From Octopus bimaculoides (taxonomy: Eukaryota), in NCBI RefSeq assembly GCF_001194135.2, contig NC_068981.1:158954716-159018715 (forward strand): a DNA stretch of 64,000 nt, in the 5' to 3' direction. The notes below the pieces were generated by a model. It worked only from the letters and a program-made list of their open reading frames with translations, made no database searches and had not been told where the DNA came from. Both the position numbers and the translations under genes were made by a program. Position 1 is the first letter of the stretch; every line of letters starts with the position of its first letter. Positions 52,283 to 64,000 of the stretch are shown here, piece by piece.

Positions 52283-52316
<34 letters not shown>
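52283..52316 (+). repeat. Pure A34 tract
   Basis: 34 consecutive A. Confidence 0.9.
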
Positions 52317-52319
<3 letters not shown>

Positions 52320-53322
52320 GATATAGCATTTCAGCGTCATGTACACATCAGCAATCTAAATCAGGATTTATTGATTTTGAGCAGGAGGAGAGTGATCATG
52401 TATTTTATCATAGCAGCAATGCTTTCGTTCGTAATGAGGGCCTCCACAAAATCTCTGAACTTAAAAGCAATATCTGTTAAGTATATTCTTCAATGTTTTC
52501 CTGAAGAAATTTTTGGTCAGTGTGAGCAATGAGGCCACAAGGTATGCTCCTCAACCAGGTAACATCACCTTTATTATTACATCAATGGAGTAAATGAAGG
52601 TATATCTTGGAATGGTTTTTCTGATGGGAATTGTGCAGCTTCTAAGTTACACATATTACAGGAACATAAATTCTGTTCCGAGACAAGAGACTGATACCCA
52701 GGAACTGATATCTTGTAAATATATGTGTAAACACATATAATCAATTTACCTACCTGGGTGATATGACAACAGGTAAAAATTAATTTTTACAGTAAACAAC
52801 AACACTTATTGCATTGCGTTAACAACTTTTATCCAAGTTCAGGCAATAGTTTCATTGTTAACATTTTTATACTTGTCTAACCACATTTCATCAAAATCTC
52901 TAGCTTCTAACAGGATTGTGAGATAGGAATTCTCATTTGCAATCAAACTGTTTATATATCAGTTGATCTCTGCAATTGGAATTTAAAGCAGAAGAGATAA
53001 GTATATAGCAAAATATAGTTTTCAAAATGTATCCTAAGATTCTACCTCCAAGACGACCCATGTGTACTTTACACCATACCAAGCATCAAATGCTTCTGAA
53101 AAAATATAATTTCTAAAGAATTTTATGTATTTCCTGGTTCTTCATAAATTTCCTATTATCTTGTTTTCAAAATAACCATGGAATTTCTAAGTGTACTGAT
53201 AAGTTTGTAAGTTTACACTTTGTGCTGTGCACCTTGATAGTAAAGGTTGCTTATATCCTATATTTGCCAGCATTGTATTCATTTAAAAACCACTAAGTTC
53301 CCGTACTGGCCTCTGTATTATA

Positions 53323-53570
53323 TTGGGTTGGTGCATAATTATTGCGGCTTTTTTTTCAACAAATTTTATTCAACAAAAACAACTATTTAACAAAAACATC
53401 TTTAAATGATGGTGTGACCATCTGCCAAGGCAAATGGGAAGAAGTAATTGAAGTAGATGGTGAATATGCTCTGGAATAATCATTTAAAGATATTTTTGTT
53501 ACATGTTGTTATTGTTTTTGTTGATTAAAATTTGTTGTAAAAAAGCCACAATAATTATGCACCAACCCAA
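53323..53570. mobile_element. Mariner-derived fold-back MITE
   Basis: TA|ttgggttggtgcataattattgcggc...gccacaataattatgcaccaacccaa|TA. Arms of ~85-90 bp flank a transposase C-terminal scrap (KWEEVIEVDGEY). Confidence 0.9.
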
Positions 53571-55299
53571 TATATATTCTTCCTCAGTGGATCTCTCTCA
53601 TAAGTTGACCAAAGTCAGTTCCTTGACTTTCCTTTATTAATGGATGATCAGCTATGAAAACATTTGGATAATAATAGTGGAATCATGAACCAACAAGGAG
53701 TCCCCTACATCAGTGTTTCCCAGTCTGGAGTGCTAGCACCTCTGGAGTTGCTGGGAATATGCGAGAAACAAATTTAAATGCATAAGAAGCAAATTCAAAT
53801 TAAACTCCATTTGCTTTTGAAAAACCACAAGGAAAATCTAAGAAGGGGTACTGGCTGATTTGACTTGTTATATATAAAAGAGGTATTGGATGAACAATAG
53901 GTGGGGTGCCACTGCTTGAAATAATCACTGCTAGAAAATGATGGCAAATTTTCCCTAAATCTTGCATCCTTCCATCTTAAAACGCGAAAGGAACATCAAT
54001 GTATTCCTACACACTCCACCTAAAAAGTTGGAATTGTCACAATTGAAATGTCTTAGATCATTGTTTTTTCCGAATCAAAGTTGACTTGAGGAAAAAAAAT
54101 CACAACAATAATAAACAATATAATTTAACTCCTCTTTATTGCCAAACTCACTGGAGAAATGGAACTCACTCTACTTATTTTATGTAATCATGTGGTCCTT
54201 GGATTCTTTAGCAGAATGTTTACTATATCATAAACATGCTGTCACTCCCCACATTTGCAGATAATGCCCAACATATGTTCAGGCTAAACATCAGCTTCAT
54301 CAAACTTGCCAGTGTGAGAGGGTTTACAAAAATCACGAGCATTTGCCTTCCTCTTTGACTAAATCATTGAAAAGTAAAATAAAATTGTAAACAAAATGCC
54401 TATGAGCCATTTATCAGTTTTACTCTACTGCTTCTTCTTAGTATCACAATCTGTAAGTTGTTTTCTACTTTACAATATCTAGTTTGGACTCGACCACGAA
54501 AATTAAATGATCCATCTGTAAATAGGAAGTCAATGCTGGTAACAGGATACTAACTGGACAGTCTTAACTGTCAAGCACTAATGTATTGTGATAAACTCTC
54601 ACATTGATTTTGACATAAGCATTCCTTCCCCTTGTTTAGTCAAGAAATGAAACTATCTATTATAAGTTATTTTTAGACAGAATTAACATGATTCTATGTG
54701 ACAAGCATGTGACTTCAAATCAAGGTTACAGTCTATCTATCTGACTGGTTTCTTCACATTTTCCACCTAATTTACCTCACATGGCTTGGATTGATCCAAG
54801 TCTACGGAAGAGGATACTTCCACAATGTGTTGTACAATGGGATTGAATGTAGGATCTAATGATTGTAAAATGAACTTAACTGCTTGGCCAATGTGCCTAT
54901 ATATATATATATATNNNNNNNNNNNNNNNNNNNNNNNNNNNNNNNNNNNNNNNNNNNNNNNNNNNNNNNNNNNNNNNNNNNNNNNNNNNNNNNNNNNNNN
55001 NNNNNNNNNNNNNNNNNNNNNNNNNNNNNNNNNNNNNNNNNNNNNNNNNNNNNNNNNNNNNNNNNNNNNNNNNNNNNNNNNNNNNNNNNNNNNNNNNNNN
55101 NNNNNNNNNNNNNNNNNNNNNNNNNNNNNNNNNNNNNNNNNNNNNNNNNNNNNNNNNNNNNNNNNNNNNNNNNNNNNNNNNNNNNNNNNNNNNNNNNNNN
55201 NNNNNNNNNNNNNNNNNNNNNNNNNNNNNNNNNNNNNNNNNNNNNNNNNNNNNNNNNNNNNNNNNNNNNNNNNNNNNNNNNNNNNNNNNNNNNNNNNNN

Positions 55300-55340
<41 letters not shown>

Positions 55341-56033
55341 AGTCCATTTTGCATCTGCTTTCCTTGATGCATGGATTAGATGGATTATCACACACTGAGC
55401 TACTTACTGCTCTCTTAGATAGTTCAGAGGATCATGTCTCACTCATACATGGTCTACTTTTCAAGATTGGATGCCCTTCCTAATACCAACCACTTTACAG
55501 AGTATACTAGGCCCACAAGCCACTGAATAGAATTCATTGGGTGCATATTATCATGGTATCAACACCAGTGAGGTTGTCTTGTCCTTTGCAAGACCAAAAG
55601 TCATTGCTACTCTATTGTCTCCATTCATTCAAGACAACATAATCAAGAGGTTATGGTGAGAAAGAGAGAGAGAGAGTAATGGTTAGCTGTATAGAATAGT
55701 AATGGTGGAAGTATGTCAGATAAACATACCTGATACAGTTCTCCCATTGCTTACATATTGTAACAAGAGAGAAAGAGAGAGGGAGAGAAAGATGAAGAGA
55801 TAGGGCTGGTTGTCAGAGGTGATTGAATATAGACACATCCAAAGCTATCCCTTGTTACATGGAGTACAGTTGGAAATAGAGAAGGTGGGTGTTTACTAGA
55901 GAGATAAGATATCAATAAGGCAGTGTGGGCAGCAGATGGAGACTGAATAGGAATATAATGTCTGAGAGGTTCAAATGTTGAAAAATTATACATCCCAGGC
56001 TTCATCACTACCACTATTTTAATAATGTATTTG

Positions 56034-59000
56034 TGTTATTATCCTTTTAATGTTGGATTATTACAAAACCCACTTTGGTATACAGTATACTTAGAAAAAT
56101 CAGTAAAGATATGACTATCTTTGAACACCTACGTACTCTACTGGTACTTCACATACTTCTCTTTATTTATAGTGACTATGTTATTCCATTCATCATGTGG
56201 GAGGGGTGTACCATTCATTATTACTAATTCCCTACATCTCCCCTTTTAAGTTTTTCTTAGGAAGTGTCAGTTTTTTATATTTACCCCACCTCCTTTTTTT
56301 GAGCTTTTTTCATACAATTTAATATTTTTTGATCTTGGTATTTATTTTCAAGAACCCTCTATTTTCTTTTCCTTTCACTTGTATTCTTGAGTCCAAACAC
56401 CTACAGTGGCGTTGGTACTTGGAATGTATTGTACAACCATTCCATTGGTTCCTCCAACTTCTTTGGTTCGCTTTCCACAAATCTCTTTTTCAGTTGGTTC
56501 CTGTGTCTCTTTTGTATGCTTTTTCTACTTTTTACCCAATACATCATTTTACTTTTGCATTTAGTAATTATGTCATCTTCCCAGTTCTACTTTCCATTCT
56601 GGTATGCTTTCATATACATCTTTTCATCAACTTTAAAGACTCTTGCTATGTCTTCCCTGGCACTTTTTCTTTTCTTGCCAGGTAGCAATTTATCAAAGAC
56701 TGATTTTACTTTGCCTACAAACATCAGCTCCGCTGGTGAGCTATCTGCTGGTGTATTCAGATATGGTGTCACATGGTACATTGTTAAAAATTATTATAGA
56801 GCTACCTCATCTGTGATATCCTTATTCAATTTTCTGACGGCCCTTTTGAAGGTATCGACAAAGTATTCTGCCTGTCCATTAGACCTGGTATGGTATGGTG
56901 CCATAATTTATATGTTCTATTGTGAATGTTTCGCAAAATTTTAAAAATTTGTTAGACACAAATTGTGTTCCATTGTCAGACACTATATTGTCTGAGATGC
57001 CAAATCTTGCAAACAATTTGTGTAAAAAATTTATCACAGTTGAGGCGGTTGATTTTTTTACACTTACAAATTTCTGGCCATTTCGAGAAATTATCTACTA
57101 CGACTAAGTATTAAGAACCATTTAAAAGACCAGCGAAATCGTTATGCAGTCTCAACCACGAAACATCTACTTTTGAGCAATGTTTACTTTTTATCACAGG
57201 CAATTTTTCATTTTGCTGTGGCTTACATGCAGGTGTTTCACTCTGTTTTACTGCAATTTTTTGTTTCAGTCCCTCAACCACATTCAAACCTTCAACTAAA
57301 CCGACTATATTTCTACTCAAAACACTTATGGGCACATTCCACAACTTGAATAGTTCCATCCACTCTGTATTGAATAAATTAAGTGAACTTTTTAATACCT
57401 ATATCTGCACCTTTTTTGTTTGACCTTGAAATGTTACATTGCATACAAATTCACTGAAAAAATAAAACCATTTTCCTGTAACATCATCTACTACTATTTT
57501 AGATTTAATTAGTTTCAGCTTACTGACATATTTCCATGTTTTTTTCGTTTATAATGGTAATATCACTACCAGTGTCCAGCTGCGTTTTAATACTTGTATT
57601 TCTGATTTTCACTTTCATGAATTTCCTCATCGTTATATTATCAATTTCTTCTGATGACAAACTATTTATTCATTTTCCTTTGTTCTGACATTTGTCATCC
57701 TCATTCTACAGTGCATCTTTATGTCTTATTTTTCCACAACGAAAGCACTCCACTTTTTTAAATGGACAATTTTTCCTCAGGTGTATACCTCCACATGCAA
57801 AACATTGGTTTATTTCCTGATTTTTGTTGTGCTTTTTACAAAACACTTTCTCTATTCTGACTTTTTTGCATGTACTTTACTTGAAAACAATCTTTATGTT
57901 CAATTTCATCTGTGTCGTGTCTTAACTTCACATTCTTCTGACACTTGCTGTAGGGTTACATCCTGGTTTTGTTACCGCTTTGCGAGAATTCTAGTTCTAA
58001 ATTCTATATGTCCCCATGTAAAAATCAGGCATTTGAACATATGTGGTGTTAATTTATCCAGCTTAAATGTTTCGCATTCCCTGTTAACTCTATCTATTTT
58101 TTAAAATGTACCATGTGACACCAAATCTGAATACACCAGCAGATAGCTCACCAGCAGAGCTGATGTTTGCAGGGAAAGTAAAATCAGTTTTTGATAAATT
58201 GCTACCTGGCAAGAAAAGAAAAAGTGCCAAGGAAGATATAGCAGGAGTCTTTAAAGTTGATGAAAAGATGTATATGAAGGCATACAAGAATAGAAAGTAG
58301 AATTGGGAATTGATATAGTCTTTGTTGTTGTTTTTCTGATGTTCAGACACTTCCAATGTGTGCTGAAGAATGAGCTTTTACCACTGAAAATTTTACACTA
58401 TATCTATTGTGTCATTAAAGTTTATGTCCAAAGGTTTACTTGGGAGTACATAATTACTGTATTGTTCATGTTCTGTTGCTGCCAGTTTTCTCCAGATTAA
58501 GCACGTTTTCATTTCATCATCCCAGTCTTTAAATGCTTTCTCAAAGATTTGCTCATATCTTCTGTAGTTTGCTTCAAAGGTTACTCCTTCATCTGGTTCG
58601 TATTTGAACTCTGCTATGGAGTTCACAACATAGTCTGTCAAGAACTGTATCGGCCTTTGCTTTTCCCTTGGATAACATCAGTGGTGTGGAGATGGGAGGC
58701 TGGAATGCATGGGCGACTGCTAGCCTTCCGTAAACAACCTTGCCTGAACTTGTACCTCGGAGGGTAATTTTCTAGGTGCAATCCCATGGTCATTCACGAC
58801 TGAAGGGGGTCTCCTCAATATTATTTGTTGTTGTTGTTGCTTCTGTTGTTGCTCTTGCGGTTGTATCTGCTGCTGTTGTTATTCTTTCAGTTGCTGTTGT
58901 TGCAACTCAAGCAAACCGGCCAACAAATTTTCCATAATTTTACCATCTTTTTTTCATAAAATTCACACAACAAAACTTTGTGAGTTTGTTAACTTCTCGT

Positions 59001-59260
59001 GAGGTGTTAATTCCTTGTAGAGTTTATTAATTCCTCACAAGTTGTTTGAATTCTTGTTGCCACTGTTATAATCCTTTTAATGTTAGATTATTATAATGGT
59101 CACTTTGGAATACAGTATACTTAGTAAAACCAGTAAAGACTATCTCTGACTGCCTACTATGTACTCTGGTACTTCACATACTTCTCTTTACTTATAGTGA
59201 CTAGGTTATTCCATTTGTCACTTGAGAGGGGTGTACCTTTATTACTAATCCCCTATAGCA
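56034..59260 (-). mobile_element. Ty3/gypsy LTR retrotransposon, internally deleted (gag-protease-integrase; no RT/RNase H)
   Basis: LTRs at 56034-56236 and 59064-~59260, PBS-like 'gtggcaacaag' next to the 5' LTR, PPT 'aaaaggggaga' next to the 3' LTR, possible TSD atttg. Gag EFKYEPDEGVTFEA, CCHC knuckles CFACGG.H and CFRCGK, protease GSDITII, integrase WLRLHNDFAG, NGQAEYFVDTFK and SPAELMF. Confidence 0.9.
58645..58813. mobile_element. Short GC-rich insertion inside the gypsy gag
   Basis: Interrupts gag between the Q-rich N-terminus and TDYVVNSIAEF. Confidence 0.6.
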
Positions 59261-59363
59261 ATTTGTCATTCCCTACAACAATTTACTTACTACCAGTTGT
59301 TGCAGCCCTTTGTTTCTCCTTTGTGCAATTCAGCATCTTGAGATAAGTTATCAGTGCTCAAGG

Positions 59364-59399
<36 letters not shown>

Positions 59400-59939
59400 G
59401 CGTGTGTGTAGTGCAAAACCGCTATGATCTCTTTGACATTGACTGATGAGGAATCAGCTGCAGATTTTTTATGTACTATGTTTTTGTCTAATTTTTCGTC
59501 CATATCTTTGTTAAATTTATCCATTTATTGTGTTCTTTTTATTAAATGTAAAGAGATAGAAGATTGTCTGGGAAAGAAATCTGTTGCTTAATTGATTTCA
59601 GTTGAAAATTATGTATAGAGGTGGTGAGTTTGTTGTTGATTGAACCAATACTTGTTTATTACTGATTCTTATTTTATTGACCCTGGAGTAGAGTCAAAGT
59701 TAGGCAAGATTTGAACATGTTATATAAAAGTATGAATACAAAGATTGTTAGATACTTTAGTCCATTGGGATTATTGACCAAATGGTTGTACATTCAAACC
59801 TTAGTACTATTGCTTAAATAAATCACACAACTGTTCTTTCCCCAGTCTGCTGCTGGCTAATATCTGATATCTGTTCTTTGTGTATGGTTAACAACAGGAA
59901 TGTTGTGCTGGTGTAAAAACACTTGCTCCATGACCTATC

Positions 59940-60315
59940 TTTTATCTTTTACTTGTTTCAATCACTGGATTGTGGCCATGGTGGGACAACACCTTAAAGA
60001 GTTTTAGTTGAATAAATCAAACTCAGTACTTATTTTTTTTAAAGTCTGGTACTTATTCTATCATTTTGTCTGTTGCTGAACTGCTAAGTTACAGGAACAT
60101 AAACAAACCAATACCAGTTGTCAAGAGTAGGGAGACAGACACAAACACAAAAATATACATGCACACGTGATGGGTTTCTGTCTACCAAATCCACTCTCAA
60201 GGCTTTGGTCAGCCCAGGACTATAGTAGAAGACATTTGCCTAAGGTGCCAAGCAGTGAGACTGAACCTGAAATCATACTGTTGGGAAGCAAACTTCTTAC
60301 CACACAGCCATTACA
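59940..60315 (-). mobile_element. SINE family B
   Basis: Reverse complement of 42835-43215. Confidence 0.7.
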
Positions 60316-60397
60316 CCTATTTCTAGCATGATTAAAAGAGTAATTAAACAGTAAAATAAATACTTAAATATATTAGTTCTGATAAATTTATGTGAAG

Positions 60398-60722
60398 GTG
60401 TGTGACTTAGTGGTTAGTATATTCAGCTCATGATTGTAACGTTATAAGTTCAATTCCTGGTGATGCATTGTGTCCTTGAGCGAGACACTTTATTTCACAT
60501 TACTCCAGATCACGCAGATGGCAAAAATGATTAGTACCTGTATTTCAAAGGGCTAGCCTTGTCATACTTGGTGTCATGCTGAATCTCCCTGAGAACTATG
60601 GTAAGGATACCCGTGTCTGTGGAGTGCTCAGCCACATGCACATTAATTTCACGAGCAGGCTGTTAGGGTTAGGGTTGATTGGATCAACTGGAACCCTCAT
60701 CGTCATAACTGATGGAGTGCCA
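60398..60722 (+). mobile_element. SINE family D (tRNA-like head)
   Basis: A-box-like 'tgacttagtggttag' and B-box-like 'agttcaattcc'; matches 42490-42810. Confidence 0.75.
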
Positions 60723-61456
60723 GATAAATTTGTTTTTATCAAAAAGAAAATTTATATATTATGTCTACTGTTTGGGATGGCAAAGGAAACATGTTTATAA
60801 ACTTTTTTCTTTTTAAAGTGAAATAAAGAAATCATTGCTATTGTTTTATTTATACTTGGCAGACTAGTCTAGTTTATTGAATATTTGAAGATGTCTTTTT
60901 CTTTCTCTCTGGTCTTTGAGTACTTTCTTTTTCTGTCATGAAATGTGGCCTCATTTTATCGTTAAATTCAAAATGAATAAAAAAAAAAAAAAATTTTAAT
61001 CAAATATAAAAATGCAAACAAAAATAAACTCAGCAAAATCATACTTGTTTCAGATTACTTAACGTAAAAACACACAAACATTGAAACAAAAGAATATTGC
61101 AAACACCCCTCCTTACTCGAGGCAGTACAGTGAGGAATTGTTGGTTGTTGTAGTCATCAAAAGGGATGGTGAGAGATATAGTTGTAAGAGATTATACTAC
61201 TAGATGTGCTAAAACCTCACTGTCTTTCAATTTAGCTGTTCTATTGGCGTCATTTCCTCTTTCAAGTACTATAAACTTAGAATGAATCCCAGTTTGAAGT
61301 GCCTTTAATTAAGAGTTGAGTTCATCGTGCTTTTTGTATCCTTAGCTTATTGTCTTAGTCATGTTTTACTGAAGGTTAGTAACTATATTACGCTACAGTG
61401 TTGAGTTGCTGCTTTTTCTAAGAATTAACTTTTAGTCAAATGTATCATGCTTGTCC

Positions 61457-61458
<2 letters not shown>

Positions 61459-61522
<64 letters not shown>
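61459..61522. repeat. (TG)n microsatellite
   Basis: About 32 pure TG units. Confidence 0.95.
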
Positions 61523-61530
<8 letters not shown>

Positions 61531-61641
61531 TGTATATATATATATCTGAAAAAAATGAATAGAAAAGGGCTTTTGTGATAATTTCTCTTATATATGATAA
61601 TATACGAAGGATTTTCTAGTTCTTATTCTACTATATATATC

Positions 61642-62431
61642 CAGTGTGTGATGGGTAAATTGTCACTATTTTATATTTTTACTTTTGCGCATTGTTTGTT
61701 TTTGATCTTGTTGACTACACAGTATAGTAGAGTCTGTTGGGCACCATCTGTGAGAAAAACAGCACCATGATGCAATTTACTGTGCCAGAAATTTGGAAAC
61801 AACATGCTGTACTAGTTTGCATTCGTGCCGGAAGCTCCAATACAAACATTTGGGAGTGTTTAGGTGTCAATCTGAGGACATGTACCAAGAGTGATAAAAA
61901 TCAGACATCCAGTCAACATCATGTTGTTTGAAGTGATCACTAGTGATGCCTCCATTCATTTTCCCACACAGCCTCATGCTCAACATGGAGGCCTACATCA
62001 AGTGCTTGGAGGAAGTAGTGCTGCCCTGGGTCAAGAGGGTGGTTGCTGGAAGACTCTATGTCTGGCAACAGGACTCTGCACCATGTTACACAAGCAGGAA
62101 AACACAGACTGCAACCTTCTTGATTATTATGTAAGGGATGCAGTTAAATGAGTGACCAACAAAACTCCTTGTAACACCAAAGATGAACTGAAGGCAAGGA
62201 TCATGGCAACCTTCACCAACTTAAACAAGGAGACTGTCAGAAGAGTTGCAGGAGATTCTGAAGTTGTCTGGAGGCTGTTGTTGAAGCCAATTGCGATTTT
62301 ACTGAATAGATTTACTTTTTAATATTTCAAAAATATTTTTATGTTATTTTGGTAAATATATCTTAAAATGAGATGTCAGTGTTATTTTCATTTTTGTGTA
62401 GTTTAGATGACAGTTTATTCACTGCACTCTG
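61642..62431 (+). mobile_element. maT-like Tc1/mariner element, internally deleted
   Basis: TIRs 'cagtgtgtgatgggtaaattgtcac' and 'gatgacagtttattcactgcactctg'|TA. VLPWVKRVVAGRLYVWQQDSAPCYTSRK motif. Confidence 0.85.
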
Positions 62432-64000
62432 TATATACACACACATACACAAATATATATATAGGTGCATTGCTTTTCAGTTATGAAGTGACCAGTTTGA
62501 TCCCCCTTCAATCTTGGACAAATATTATGTTCTCTAACCTCAGCTTCATTTGTACCATGTGAGTGAAATTGGGAAGTTGGGAACTGGACAGAAATTTATT
62601 GGATGATATTATATCCTTGCATTTGGATATAGCCTACACTGTAACAGCGTTATAACACTACAAAAACTAAATCAGTAACAAACATGTAACAAACTTATAT
62701 CTCTTCTCAACAACTTGTACGAATGCCTTTACAAATGTGACTGTACACACTGCACTCTATGTCGCACTGTCAGTACATATGCGCCTTTATAAGGTTTAGA
62801 ACAGTTCACTTGCTATCCCACAGGGGTGTCAGGATTTCACTACAACAAATGGCTTGTATCTGTAATTCAAAAATGTACATCCTTTTCACATACTGTGGAA
62901 GCAAGCCTCAGTCACTTATGTGTTAATTTGGGAGTAGAAAATTCCATTGATAAAATAACTGAATTTTCATGGTCAAATGATAATACCCACCCATACACAC
63001 ACACATCAAAGAGAATGTATTTAATATCATTCTTTTAATGTGTAGTAGTAATAACTTGGTCTGTTTAAATTACTATCTATAACTAATTGCACCTAATTTT
63101 ATTAGGATCCCAAGAGTTAAGAAATGTAGGAGTTGTTATTTCTTAAATTCTTACCTCAGAAATGGTTTATTGTAAGACAGAAAAAAAAAAAAAATGGTTG
63201 GTAATTTGTTTTTGAGCAGAGGGGAGGTTGCAGGTGCTTATCTTGATTAATCTTTTTTTTAAAGTTAGTTATTTGATAACACTTTTTAGTTAATCTTTTT
63301 TTAAGAGCATATTTCCATATATTTGATAACTAATACCAATGTAAAATTTTTTAAAGGCCATTGTATCATAAATAGCTGCAAACTAAGAGATGTTGTATGT
63401 TTGTAATCATAGTGTAAGTGTTGGTATTCATTTGTCAAGTTCTTTTGTGTATGTCTCCAAACCTTTATTTGTTACTTTATTCTAATTTGAATTTCTTCTT
63501 TAAGTACTTTATATACAGTAATGACTTTATGACCTTTGTGGTTTCATACACTTTTGAGAAAGTGCAGCTCAGTGCTGTATGCAGCTGCTGTATATAATTG
63601 ATGTTTCATAAGATTGCAGTGTTGAAATTGAATCTTCTCAGATGCCTTAAGAAGATGATAGCAAATTATTTCAGCTTGTCCTCCAAAGGCTTCTTTGATG
63701 TTTCACTAATCTAATAAGGTTAGAAAACATTTTGTTCAGTAAATTAGTAAAGCAAATTTTATTTGTATGCTTTCTCCAAATAGTTACCTACAAGAAGACA
63801 ATCTTGTTTAAAGACTTATCTTTCATATGCTTTTGGTTTCAAAGTAAGAGGAAATGGTATTATTTGATGTACATACTAACTAATCACAAAGCACTTGTGA
63901 TGATGTTGTCCTTGAGCTATGCCTATTACAATGACAGTAATGGGGGACAGATTTGTGACACTTCTGCTAAGAACCAGTTTCCATTGTGGCTCTTTTATAT

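Larger units (their letters stand above)
12230..64000 (+). other. Probable intron 1 of the ADAP gene (extends past the window)
   Basis: GT donor at 12230. No D-P-x-W-A-S...CxxC-x-G-x-H-R exon found downstream by eye. N gaps could hide it. Confidence 0.5.

Noticed and set aside
52235-52480. 'GFIDFEQ' as an RT motif
   Set aside because: The following KAFD consensus is absent, and the ORF is extended by the poly(A) tract.
60398-60480. tRNA gene (also at 13500 and 42740-42810)
   Set aside because: The A/B-box heads continue into SINE bodies that recur in the window; no complete cloverleaf is evident.
63897-64000. C-box (GTGATGA) as a C/D snoRNA
   Set aside because: No CTGA D-box or terminal stem is present within the window.

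Overview
AT-rich, repeat-saturated animal genomic DNA with 8 N-gaps. The repeat landscape suggests a cephalopod, probably Octopus (inference): (CA)n/(TA)n/(GAT)n microsatellites, RTE LINE pieces and several recurring SINE families. One host gene is recognisable and is missed by the ORF track: an 82-nt first coding exon at 12148-12229 (+), MADVGKTFLLELLKENGNSECADCGCK followed by a GT donor. It matches the start of the ArfGAP dual-PH (ADAP/centaurin-alpha) family. I could not find exon 2, so the remaining ~52 kb is probably intron 1. Everything else I can support is decayed mobile DNA: Tc1 (DD36E spacing), mariner, maT (DD37D), Chapaev3-like, hAT/piggyBac/mariner MITEs, RTE and R4/Dong LINE fragments, an RT-less gypsy element with both LTRs, and SINEs. 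I see no convincing novel multi-gene system. The best leads are: (i) a possible head-to-head gene on the minus strand; (ii) a decayed Penelope-type hammerhead ribozyme; (iii) a perfect 31-bp hairpin; (iv) a 204-bp inverted integrase duplication inside the gypsy gag; (v) a templated composite insertion; (vi) microsatellite-stacked R4/Dong ends; (vii) an unclassified coding-like relic. All identities were estimated by eye, no searches were run, and SINE boundaries are approximate. SINE family letters (B-E) are my own labels.
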